Under the pieces are notes generated by a model, which was not told the origin of the DNA, did not search any database, and was given only the letters and a program-made list of their open reading frames with translations. Of a stretch of 64,000 nt of DNA, positions 56,288 through 64,000 are shown piece by piece (positions within the stretch are counted from its first letter, which is position 1; every line of letters begins with the position of its first letter). Position numbers and translations under genes: made by a program. The stretch covers positions 8,516 to 72,515 of the forward strand of contig JAZDGF010000003.1 in the NCBI GenBank assembly GCA_043807135.1, in the 5' to 3' direction. This stretch comes from Candidatus Levyibacteriota bacterium. Lineage in GTDB: Bacteria > Patescibacteriota > Microgenomatia > Levybacterales > UBA12049.

Positions 56288-56716
56288 TTATTCCTTATTC
56301 TTAAATTTATCTTCAAAACCATGCACTGGTCCTGCAAAGACACGAAATCTTTTTAACATTTTAGCTTTTAATTTATTTTGTGGTACCATCCCTGATACAG
56401 CATGTATAATTATATCTTCCGGTCTTTTTTCTCTTAATTCTTTTAATGTTTCTTCTCTAAATCCCCCTGGATAACCTGAATGCCTATAATATTTTTTATC
56501 TGTTTCTTTTTTTCCAGTAACTTTTATTTCTTTTGCATTTATTACAACCACATAATCTCCACAATCTAAATTTCTAACATAATTCGGTTTTGACTTACCC
56601 ATTAATAGTTTTGCAATATCAACAGAGATCCTTCCTAAAACTTTTCCCTTAAGATCAATTAAATGCCATTCTCTTTTTATGTCTGATTGCTTTATCGCTG
56701 TTGAGCTTTTTTTCAT
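56288..56716 (-). CDS. rplM: 50S ribosomal protein L13
   Basis: WHLIDLKGKVLGRISVDIAKLLMGKSKPNY...GDYVVVINA. Confidence 0.9.
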   Translation of the reverse strand: MKKSSTAIKQSDIKREWHLIDLKGKVLGRISVDIAKLLMGKSKPNYVRNLDCGDYVVVINAKEIKVTGKKETDKKYYRHSGYPGGFREETLKELREKRPEDIIIHAVSGMVPQNKLKAKMLKRFRVFAGPVHGFEDKFKNKE

Positions 56717-57171
56717 TATTTTTTACTCTCCTTTTTTGGATTTTCTTTTTTCCCTTTAGCTACTTTCTTATTAGCAATTTTAACTTTTTTATTCTTAACT
56801 TCTACTTTTGGCTGAATTGACTTTTCAGTCCACTCTAAAATAACCATTGTTGCATCATCTCCAAATCTTCTTCCAAGTCTTGTAATTCTTGTATATCCAC
56901 CTTGTCTATTACTAAAACTTGGAGCAATTCTTAAAATCATTTTTTCAACTGCTTTAGGATTTAATTTTTTCCCTAAAAGTCTTTTTGCCAAAAGAGTATC
57001 TTTTCTTGCTTTTGTAACAAGCTTATCAGCATCTGCTTTTATCGCCTTTGCTTTCTGCTCCGTCGTTTTTATTCTCTCTTCCAAAACAAGAGAAGAAAGA
57101 AGCCCTTTAAACAAGGCTTTTCTCTCATCCTTATCTCTTTTTAATTGTTTTCCAAGAATTTTTTTTCTCAT
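56716..57171 (-). CDS. rplQ: 50S ribosomal protein L17 with a Lys-rich C-terminal extension
   Basis: RNLLSSLVLEERIKTT-type core (LFKGLLSSLVLEERIKTTEQKAKA), GGYTRITRLG. Confidence 0.85.
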   Translation of the reverse strand: MRKKILGKQLKRDKDERKALFKGLLSSLVLEERIKTTEQKAKAIKADADKLVTKARKDTLLAKRLLGKKLNPKAVEKMILRIAPSFSNRQGGYTRITRLGRRFGDDATMVILEWTEKSIQPKVEVKNKKVKIANKKVAKGKKENPKKESKK

Positions 57172-57294
57172 AATAAAAATCAGCTATCGGTTCTCGGTTT
57201 TTCGCTTTCAGATTCTAGTCTTGTCGGTCTTTTTTGACTGAGAAGCTGAAAACTGCTTAACCAAAATCTGATAACTGAAAACTGATAGTCTAAA

Positions 57295-58218
57295 CTAATT
57301 TATTAAAGTAATATCTTTTTCCTTAAGTTTTTCTTCAATTATTGTAATTGATTTACCACCCATATTCCTCATAGAAACTAGGTCTTTCCTTGAAGTCTCT
57401 ATTAATTGTCCTATTGTTTCAATGTCTCCGTTTCTTAAACTATTATAAATTCTTGTTGGAAGATCTAATTCATCAATTGTCATTTTTAGAATATTTTCTG
57501 CATATAGTTTATTAGATGTCTTGCTTTCTTGAATTGGAACTTCCTGAGGCTCAAAAACATGAGTGAAATAAGAAGCTAAAACTTTTGCCGCTTCATCAAG
57601 GGCTTCTTTAGGACCAATGACTCCACTTGTCCAAATATCAAGAGCTAATTTATCAAGATTTGTTTGTCTCCCAACACGAGTTGCGGAAACTTCATAGTTT
57701 ACTCTTTTAACAGGTGTAAAGATTGCATCTGTTGGTAAAACTCCTAAGGTACTTACTTTTTTATCTTCTGAAAGTGTATATCCAAATCCTTTTTCAATCG
57801 TAAGCTCCATTTCAAGCTTTCCTTTTTTATCCGTTAATGAACCTACATATGCATCATTATTTACAACTTCCACATCTTCCGGAAGATCAAAGTCTTTTGC
57901 TGTAATTTCTTTTGGTCCTTTTACCGATAGCTTTACCGTACTTGAAGTCTTAGAATCAAGAAGTTTAAAGTTTAATCCTTTAATGTTTATTAAAAGATCA
58001 ACAATATTTTCTTTAAGCCCAGGAACTGTTGAAAACTTATGCTTAACGCCTGCTATTTTTATTGAAGTAACAGCTGCTCCGGGAATAGAAACCATAAGAA
58101 TTCTTCTTAAGGCATTTCCTAAAGTATGACCATATCCTGGCTCTAAAGGTTCTATGATAAATCTTCCGAAATCGTCTGTTAATTTTTCTTCTTTAATTTT
58201 AAATGTCGGATTCGTCAT
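57295..58218 (-). CDS. rpoA: DNA-directed RNA polymerase alpha subunit
   Basis: EPLEPGYGHTLGNALRRILM N-terminal domain. C-terminal domain IDELDLPTRIYNSLRN. Confidence 0.9.
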   Translation of the reverse strand: MTNPTFKIKEEKLTDDFGRFIIEPLEPGYGHTLGNALRRILMVSIPGAAVTSIKIAGVKHKFSTVPGLKENIVDLLINIKGLNFKLLDSKTSSTVKLSVKGPKEITAKDFDLPEDVEVVNNDAYVGSLTDKKGKLEMELTIEKGFGYTLSEDKKVSTLGVLPTDAIFTPVKRVNYEVSATRVGRQTNLDKLALDIWTSGVIGPKEALDEAAKVLASYFTHVFEPQEVPIQESKTSNKLYAENILKMTIDELDLPTRIYNSLRNGDIETIGQLIETSRKDLVSMRNMGGKSITIIEEKLKEKDITLIN

Positions 58219-58235
58219 AAGGTATTATTTTACCA

Positions 58236-58841
58236 TTATCTTGAATAATATTCAATAATCAATTGCACGTTGAACGGTAATTCCAAATCATCCTTTTTTG
58301 GCATCCTAATAAGCTTTCCTAATAGTTTATTCCTCTTAAGATAGGGTAATATATTTCCTTCTTTTTCTTCGGATGCAGTTTGCAATTGCGGATTATCTTT
58401 TATTTTATCTGAAACACTTATTTCATCCTCAACTTTTACCTGATAAGAAGGGATGTTAACTTTTTTTCCATTAACAAAAATGTGTCCGTGAGAGACAAAT
58501 TGTCTTGCATTCATTCTGGTCTTAGCAAAACCCAATCTGTAAACTAAATTATCAAGCCTTGTTTCAAGAAGTGAAAGTATCATTTCCCCTGTATCACCTT
58601 TTTTTGTCTGAACTGCTTTTACTAAATTTTTCAAATGTTTTTCTAAAAGACCATACATAATCTTTGCCTTTTGTTTTTCTTTCATTTGAAGTCCATATTC
58701 AGAAAGTCTTCTTTTTCTTTTTTTACCATGCATTCCAGGTGGAACATTTAACCTTCTTTGAAGACTTGCCGAGTTTTTATCTAAGAGGTTTACTCCTACT
58801 TTTCTTGCTAATTTATGTTTTGGTCCTGTATGTCTTGCCAT
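58236..58841 (-). CDS. rpsD: 30S ribosomal protein S4
   Basis: MARHTGPKHKLARKVGVNL...RLDNLVYRLGFAKTRMNARQFVSHGHIFVNGKKVNIPSY. Confidence 0.9.
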   Translation of the reverse strand: MARHTGPKHKLARKVGVNLLDKNSASLQRRLNVPPGMHGKKRKRRLSEYGLQMKEKQKAKIMYGLLEKHLKNLVKAVQTKKGDTGEMILSLLETRLDNLVYRLGFAKTRMNARQFVSHGHIFVNGKKVNIPSYQVKVEDEISVSDKIKDNPQLQTASEEKEGNILPYLKRNKLLGKLIRMPKKDDLELPFNVQLIIEYYSR

Positions 58842-58846
58842 AAAAC

Positions 58847-59248
58847 TTAAACTCTTCTTTTCTTTTTTGCCCTTGGTCCGTTATGTGGAATTGGCGTAAT
58901 ATCTGCAATTAAAGAAATAGAAAGGCCTGATGCTTTTATTGCTCTTAAAGATGCATCTCTTCCTGATCCCGGGCCTTTTACGTAAACTTCTACTATTTTT
59001 AATCCTTTTTCAACAGCTTTCTTAGCAGCTGTCTCAACTGCTGTTGTTGCTGCAAATGGAGTTGATTTTCTTGTTCCTTTAAATCCGCTTGCTCCAGCTG
59101 AACCCCACGTAACAGTATCACCTTTATCGTTTGTAAAGGTAACTAGGGTATTATTAAAAGTTGCTGAAATAAAAACCTTTCCTTGCTCAGAAACTTTAAG
59201 GCTTGATTTTTTCTTTGCTTTTGCTGTTTTTGTTGCTTTTTTTGCCAT
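58847..59248 (-). CDS. rpsK: 30S ribosomal protein S11
   Basis: [45 protein letters not shown]. Confidence 0.9.
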   Translation of the reverse strand: MAKKATKTAKAKKKSSLKVSEQGKVFISATFNNTLVTFTNDKGDTVTWGSAGASGFKGTRKSTPFAATTAVETAAKKAVEKGLKIVEVYVKGPGSGRDASLRAIKASGLSISLIADITPIPHNGPRAKKKRRV

Positions 59249-59250
59249 TT

Positions 59251-59670
59251 TTATTTACCTCCGGGTTTTGTTTTTGCTGCAGTTACCCCCTCCATCTTTA
59301 CTGCCAATTCTTTCTTAATTGCTCCAATTGTAACTCTCTTACCTCTTTTGGTTCTAGCATTAGATCTTGTTCTTTGTCCTCTTACCGGTAAATTTTTGCC
59401 GTGTCTTATGCCTCTATAAGCACCAAGCTCTTTTAACCTTTTAATATTATTTAATATTTCAACTTTCAAATCTCCTTCTGTTTTATATGTTTCTAAGATT
59501 TTCTGGATTTTTTTTTGCTCATCTTCCGTAAGATCTTTAATTCTTTTTGAGCTTTCTACTTTTGCTTTTTCCAAAACTTTTACGACATTGTTTCTTCCAA
59601 TACCGTAAAGATAACTTAGTCCTATATCTACTCTTTTTTCATCTGGTAAGTTTATTCCGGAAATTCTCAT
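59251..59670 (-). CDS. rpsM: 30S ribosomal protein S13
   Basis: [28 protein letters not shown]...[27 protein letters not shown]. Confidence 0.9.
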   Translation of the reverse strand: MRISGINLPDEKRVDIGLSYLYGIGRNNVVKVLEKAKVESSKRIKDLTEDEQKKIQKILETYKTEGDLKVEILNNIKRLKELGAYRGIRHGKNLPVRGQRTRSNARTKRGKRVTIGAIKKELAVKMEGVTAAKTKPGGK

Positions 59671-59675
59671 ATAAA

Positions 59676-59789
59676 TTATCCTTGTCTTTGTTTGTGTCTT
59701 GGATTTTCACAAACAACCCTAACCACGCCTTTACGCTTAATAATTTTGCATTTTATACATCTTGGTTTTACACTTGCCTGTACTTTCAT
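59676..59789 (-). CDS. rpmJ: 50S ribosomal protein L36 (37 aa); below the ORF-track cutoff
   Basis: Minus-strand translation [40 protein letters not shown] overlaps the infA stop (ATGA). Confidence 0.85.
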   Translation of the reverse strand: MKVQASVKPRCIKCKIIKRKGVVRVVCENPRHKQRQG

Positions 59790-60004
59790 TTTGATCTGTA
59801 TGTAATCCTTCCTTTGGTATTGTCATAAGCTGTCATTTCGAGCTTTACTTTGTCTCCAGGGAGAATTTTTATAAAGTTTTTTCTCATTTTCCCCGATAAG
59901 TGACAAAGGATTAAATTTCCATCGTCAAGTCTTACTCTAAATAGCGTATTTGGCAAGGACTCTTCCACAGCACCTTCCACTTCAAACGATCCTTGATGAG
60001 CCAT
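59786..60004 (-). CDS. infA: Translation initiation factor IF-1
   Basis: [70 protein letters not shown]. Confidence 0.9.
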   Translation of the reverse strand: MAHQGSFEVEGAVEESLPNTLFRVRLDDGNLILCHLSGKMRKNFIKILPGDKVKLEMTAYDNTKGRITYRSK

Positions 60005-60149
60005 AATAAAATAATTTTACGCCTAACCTATTCCTAACAACAAAATAAACATCCTCTTCTTATGCATTTATGCATTTTGAATTGGACTTTTATTAAAGAT
60101 TAGAAATTTCAAATGTAATTATAGCAAAAAGAAAGCTTATCTGCAATGA

Positions 60150-60917
60150 TTAGCTTGTTAAAATTACCGGTTCTTTTTTTGTAACTAGTACCGTTCTTTC
60201 AAAAAGACCTGAGACTTTTCCATCCTTAGTTTTAATTGTCCAACCGTCTTTTGTATATTTAATTTCTTTTTTACCCATATTGTAAATAACCTCAATTGCA
60301 ATAGTCATGCCTTCTCTAAGAAGAGGTGTTTTTTCAATCTTGCCGGTAAGAAAGCCAGGCACTTCGGGATATTCATGTAATTTTTTACCTACTCCATGTC
60401 CTATAAGTTCTTTAACGACAGAATAGTCATTTTTTTCTATGATATCTTGGATTGTTTTTGAAATATTTCCGACCCTGTTTCCCGCTTTTGCCTGTTTTAT
60501 AGCTTCATCTAAAGCATGTTTTCCTGTCTCTAAGAATTTGTCTATATTGTCGTTTCTTGGTTTAAATTTAGAACTTCGAATTCTTATAGTTTCTGACATG
60601 TCAGTAAAAAACCCGTCAAGATAAACTCCACAATCAATACCAAAAACGTCTCCCTCTTTTAATTTGTATTTCCCTGGCACTCCGTGAACAATAACATCAT
60701 TTGTAGATATGCAAGTAGCAAAGTTATATCCGTTTACTTTTTTAAAACCGGGAAAACCACTTTTTTTATAAATTAAACTATCTGCTAAGCGCTCAAGTTC
60801 AAGCTCTGATATTCCGGGTTTTGCATTTTCCAAGATCTTATGGACAACTTCTGCAAGTATTTTTCCACCCTTTTTCATTTTTTTTATCTCTTCTGGGGTT
60901 TTTACACTAATCATCAT
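60150..60917 (-). CDS. map: Methionine aminopeptidase type I
   Basis: Pita-bread fold motifs (FGIDCGVYLDGFFTDM, ELIGHGVGKKLHE, GMTIAIEV). Confidence 0.85.
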   Translation of the reverse strand: MMISVKTPEEIKKMKKGGKILAEVVHKILENAKPGISELELERLADSLIYKKSGFPGFKKVNGYNFATCISTNDVIVHGVPGKYKLKEGDVFGIDCGVYLDGFFTDMSETIRIRSSKFKPRNDNIDKFLETGKHALDEAIKQAKAGNRVGNISKTIQDIIEKNDYSVVKELIGHGVGKKLHEYPEVPGFLTGKIEKTPLLREGMTIAIEVIYNMGKKEIKYTKDGWTIKTKDGKVSGLFERTVLVTKKEPVILTS

Positions 60918-61465
60918 GTAGAATCTAAGTTCGCAAGTAACTCATCTTGAATTTTTTTAATGCTATTTTCTCCATTTACTTTAATGAGTAGATCTTTCTC
61001 ATCAAAATACTTAAGAACTGAAAGTCTATCCTTATCCTGAATTTCTCGTCTTTTTTTAGTTACTTTAAGATCATCATCTTTTCTTCCTCTAAAAATGTAT
61101 CTTCTTTTCATTTCTTCTTGCGAAACATTCAGATAAAATACTTTGTCTACTTTTAAATCATTTTCTTTAAAATAATCGTTAAGAGCTTCCAAATCACCTT
61201 TGTTTGCCGGAAAATTATCTAAAATAAAATTTTTACCTGCCTTATCCATTTCTTTTTTTAAAAAATCAAACTTTAAAGAAACAGGAAGATGCATTCCTTC
61301 CATGCTGTACTTCCTAAACCCTTCAATAGCTCTCTTATCTCCTTTTTCATATGCTTTTCGAATTAAATTTCCCATCCCAAAGACAGGTATATTAAGTTTT
61401 TCTCCCAGTAGTTTTGCTTGTGTTCCCTTTCCAGAAAAAGGAGAACCAATAAATACAACAATCAT
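60914..61465 (-). CDS. Adenylate kinase-like nucleoside monophosphate kinase (short, LID-less), second tandem paralog
   Basis: P-loop FIGSPFSGKGTQAKLL, FILDNFP (NMP-binding/hinge-like). No Zn LID. 4-nt overlap with map and 1-nt overlap with the upstream adk. Confidence 0.6.
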   Translation of the reverse strand: MIVVFIGSPFSGKGTQAKLLGEKLNIPVFGMGNLIRKAYEKGDKRAIEGFRKYSMEGMHLPVSLKFDFLKKEMDKAGKNFILDNFPANKGDLEALNDYFKENDLKVDKVFYLNVSQEEMKRRYIFRGRKDDDLKVTKKRREIQDKDRLSVLKYFDEKDLLIKVNGENSIKKIQDELLANLDST

Positions 61466-61998
61466 TATTTCATCTTGGAGATAATTTTCCTGTAGATTTC
61501 CTCAATTGTTCTCTCTCCATCAATTTCAACCAAAAGTCTTTGCTTTTTGTAATATTCTAAAACCGGCTTTGAAAATAAATGAAAAAGCTTTATTCTTTTT
61601 CTAATCGCCTTTAAGGTACTATCTTCCCTATTATCATCTCTTTCTGAAAGCCTCCATAAAGCCTCTTTGTCTGAAACTTTAAGATAAATTACCTTATCAA
61701 TTCCGTTTTCAAATGCTTTTGCTTGAGTAATTGTTCTAGGAAAACCATCTAAAATATATCCCTTTTCATATATTGGTCTATGTAAATAATTACTTACAAT
61801 TTTTAAAACTTTATTGTCAGGAATTAAATATCCTGCATTCATGGTTTCTTTAATATAACGGCTCTCAGAGGTCTTTTCTTTTGCTATATCTCTAAAAATA
61901 TGGCCGGTTGAAAGATAAGGAACTCCCAGTTTTTTTGATAGTAAATTACCCTGTGTTGATTTTCCTGCACCCTGAATTCCAATTAATATTATTTTCAT
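61465..61998 (-). CDS. adk: Adenylate kinase (short form)
   Basis: ILIGIQGAGKSTQGNLLSKKLGVPYLSTGHIFRD, YILDGFPRTITQAKAF, LKVSDKEALWRLSERDD. Confidence 0.7.
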   Translation of the reverse strand: MKIILIGIQGAGKSTQGNLLSKKLGVPYLSTGHIFRDIAKEKTSESRYIKETMNAGYLIPDNKVLKIVSNYLHRPIYEKGYILDGFPRTITQAKAFENGIDKVIYLKVSDKEALWRLSERDDNREDSTLKAIRKRIKLFHLFSKPVLEYYKKQRLLVEIDGERTIEEIYRKIISKMK

Positions 61999-61999
61999 A

Positions 62000-63286
62000 T
62001 TATTTTTTAAAACCTTCGTAATTTCTCATTACAAGCTGTGCTTCTATTGATTTTATCGTTTCAAGCACAACTGAAACAACAATCAAAATACTTGTACCCC
62101 CTAATACTAGATTTTGAATATTTGTAAATGTTTTTGCAATAATTGGAAAGATGGCAATCGTTCCCAAAAATACTGCTCCCGCCAAAGTTATGCGAGTTAA
62201 AATATAATTTAAGTAATTAGAAGTTGCTGTTCCTGGTCTAACTCCCGGAATAAATCCGCCGTATTTTTGAATTTCCCCTGCAATTTTTTTGGGATTAAAA
62301 ACTACTGCAGTATAAAAATAAGTAAAACCAACAACTAGAAGAAAGTAACTTAAGTTATAAATAATTCCATCGGGGTTAAACCAAGTTGTAATGGAAACTC
62401 CAACACTATGTAAAAGATTATTCGATGATGTAATTAAATAATTTGCAAAAAGAGAAGGCATCAAAACCAAAGAGACGGCAAAAATAATCGGTATTACTCC
62501 TGCTTGATTTAATCTTAAAGGTAGATGAGTTTGCTGACCTCCGTACATCTTATTTCCTCTTACTCTTTTTGCATAGTAAACGGTAATTTGTCTTGTTGCT
62601 TCATTAATCAAGACTATTGAAGCAATAACTGTAAGTCCCAATACTAAAAATACCGTTAGGTTTATAAAATTCTCTGCATTTACAGTTGATATTGTCTGAC
62701 CTAAAACAACCGGAAGTCTTCCGACAATTCCAGCAAAAATTAAAAGAGATATTCCGTTTCCTACCCCTTTTTCGGTTACCTGTTCTCCTAACCAAACTAA
62801 AAGCATTGTCCCTGCAACCATAGTAACTAAAAAAGAAATGAGGCTTATTGGGTTTAAATTTGAAATTATTCCCTGATTTCTTAGAAGAGCATACATTCCA
62901 ACTGCTTGTAAAACTGCCAAAGGAACAGTTAACATTCTTGTGTATTGATTTATTTTTTGCCTTCCTGATTCTCCTTCTTTAGAAAGTTCTTCAAGTTTTG
63001 GGAAAACCATAGTTAAAAGTTGAAGAATAATCGAGGCATTAATATACGGGTTTAATCCAAGCGCCATTACGGAGAAATTAGCAAGTGTTCCTCCTGAAAA
63101 AATATCTAAAAGGGAGAGAAATTGATTTTGACTAAAAAGTTCTTTTAGTTGAGCAATATTTACTCCTGAGACGGGGATATGAGCAAAGATTCTAAAGATT
63201 ACAAAGATCGCAGCTGTAAATAACAGTTTTTTTCGAACATCTGGTGATTTTACACTGTTTTTAAAAACAGCTAAAACATTATTCAT
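62000..63286 (-). CDS. secY: Protein translocase subunit SecY
   Basis: 428 aa, 10 TM helices. [15 protein letters not shown] and [22 protein letters not shown] motifs. Confidence 0.9.
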   Translation of the reverse strand: MNNVLAVFKNSVKSPDVRKKLLFTAAIFVIFRIFAHIPVSGVNIAQLKELFSQNQFLSLLDIFSGGTLANFSVMALGLNPYINASIILQLLTMVFPKLEELSKEGESGRQKINQYTRMLTVPLAVLQAVGMYALLRNQGIISNLNPISLISFLVTMVAGTMLLVWLGEQVTEKGVGNGISLLIFAGIVGRLPVVLGQTISTVNAENFINLTVFLVLGLTVIASIVLINEATRQITVYYAKRVRGNKMYGGQQTHLPLRLNQAGVIPIIFAVSLVLMPSLFANYLITSSNNLLHSVGVSITTWFNPDGIIYNLSYFLLVVGFTYFYTAVVFNPKKIAGEIQKYGGFIPGVRPGTATSNYLNYILTRITLAGAVFLGTIAIFPIIAKTFTNIQNLVLGGTSILIVVSVVLETIKSIEAQLVMRNYEGFKK

Positions 63287-63288
63287 TG

Positions 63289-63735
63289 TTACTGTATTTC
63301 TACTTTTCCGCCTGCTCTAATTATCTTCTTTTCCGCCCCTTTTGTAACCGGAAGCATTACAGTAAGAGCTACTGTTAATTTTCCATCACCTAATATTTTT
63401 ACACCGTAAGTCAAAGCTTCTTCTTTGTTTACAATATTTTTATCTGTTAAGGATTTAATATCTACAATTGTATCTTTTTTTAATAAATTTAAAGCTTTAA
63501 CATTGATGCCAATTGGCTTTTTCTTAAAAACCTTATTCTTTCCTTTTCCTCTATGGAAGGGAAGTCTTTTTATTAGAGGAAGTGCTCCTCCTTCAAAATA
63601 GAGTGGAACTTTATTTCTTGATTTTTGCCCTTTTGTTCCTCTTCCAGCGGTTTTACTTCGACCAGATCCATGACCTTGCCCTAATCTTCTTTTTGATTTA
63701 GTTATAATTTTTTTTAAGCTATTTAAACTACTCAT
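63289..63735 (-). CDS. rplO: 50S ribosomal protein L15
   Basis: [23 protein letters not shown]...[11 protein letters not shown]. Confidence 0.85.
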   Translation of the reverse strand: MSSLNSLKKIITKSKRRLGQGHGSGRSKTAGRGTKGQKSRNKVPLYFEGGALPLIKRLPFHRGKGKNKVFKKKPIGINVKALNLLKKDTIVDIKSLTDKNIVNKEEALTYGVKILGDGKLTVALTVMLPVTKGAEKKIIRAGGKVEIQ

Positions 63736-64000
63736 TTCTTATTTACTCCTTTAATACTTTTCTCTCTGTAAAACCTTACCGAGATCTGTTTTAATGCTTC
63801 CATTGTTGCATAAACATTACTTGCTTGGTTATCCGTTCCTAGAACTTTAGACGATATATTTTGGATACCAGCAAGTGACACAACACTTCTAACAGCTCCC
63901 CCTGCGATAACTCCGCTTCCTGGAGGTGCCGGTTTTAACAAAACTCTTGCTGCTCCCAATTTAATTTTATATTCAAAAGGAATAGAGCCATTAATAATAG
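63732..64000 (-). CDS. rpsE: 30S ribosomal protein S5, C-terminal part; the gene continues beyond the window end
   Basis: LKPAPPGSGVIAGGAVRSVVSLAGIQNISSKVLGTDNQASNVYATMEAL is the S5 C-terminal domain. The 4-nt overlap with rplO leaves no room for rpmD (L30). Confidence 0.8.
   Translation of the reverse strand, partial: IINGSIPFEYKIKLGAARVLLKPAPPGSGVIAGGAVRSVVSLAGIQNISSKVLGTDNQASNVYATMEALKQISVRFYREKSIKGVNKK

Noticed and set aside
1-64000. Search for mobile elements, integrases, transposases, CRISPR arrays, restriction-modification or toxin-antitoxin pairs
   Set aside because: No ORF has recognisable transposase, integrase, Cas or methyltransferase motifs. The only MNT-like nucleotidyltransferase domains have no HEPN partners. 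I cannot support any such feature.

Overview
The window is AT-rich (about 30% GC by eye) and gene-dense. It looks like a small-genome Candidate Phyla Radiation (Patescibacteria)-type bacterium. Supporting signs: rpsE runs straight into rplO with no rpmD (L30) between them, two short adenylate-kinase genes sit in tandem between secY and map, and tRNA-modification genes are fused. I can support about 70 protein genes, one RNase P RNA gene with its promoter, and one tRNA-Pro(GGG). The protein genes include recJ, cca, metK, secDF, secA, secY, serS, a class I lysyl-tRNA synthetase, acs, greA, rmuC, recA/recX, rny, hup, tsaD, tsaE, a TsaC-TsaB fusion, FtsEX with an EnvC-like M23 peptidase, prfB, an Nramp transporter, uppP, uppS, and the L15-SecY-adk-map-infA-L36-S13-S11-S4-rpoA-L17-L13-S9 block. 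The clearest accessory region is a 10-kb cell-envelope glycosylation island at 9435..19466. It combines three nucleotide-sugar routes (dTDP-6-deoxyhexose via rmlA/B/D, a GDP-deoxyhexose via gmd plus a reductase, UDP-xylose via ugd plus UXS) with a GT39 PMT-like GT-C transferase and a polyprenol-phosphate sugar synthase fused to a GtrA domain. Other things worth a second look: a strong SD plus a 9-codon MPKKKKKKK mini-ORF, a 20-bp perfect palindrome and a terminator hairpin stacked upstream of secA in attenuator-like order; a lamin-tail-domain surface protein split by one in-frame TAA; an archaeal-type PPAT-DUF359 (putative dephospho-CoA kinase) fusion; two wHTH-nucleotidyltransferase proteins; an orphan solute-binding protein; a DUF5679 zinc-ribbon gene missing from the ORF track; and a DUF4446-DUF3048-wHTH/MNT operon translationally coupled to secDF. 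I found no CRISPR array, no recognisable transposase or integrase, and no rRNA. Every functional call rests on motif recognition by eye, and none was checked by database search.
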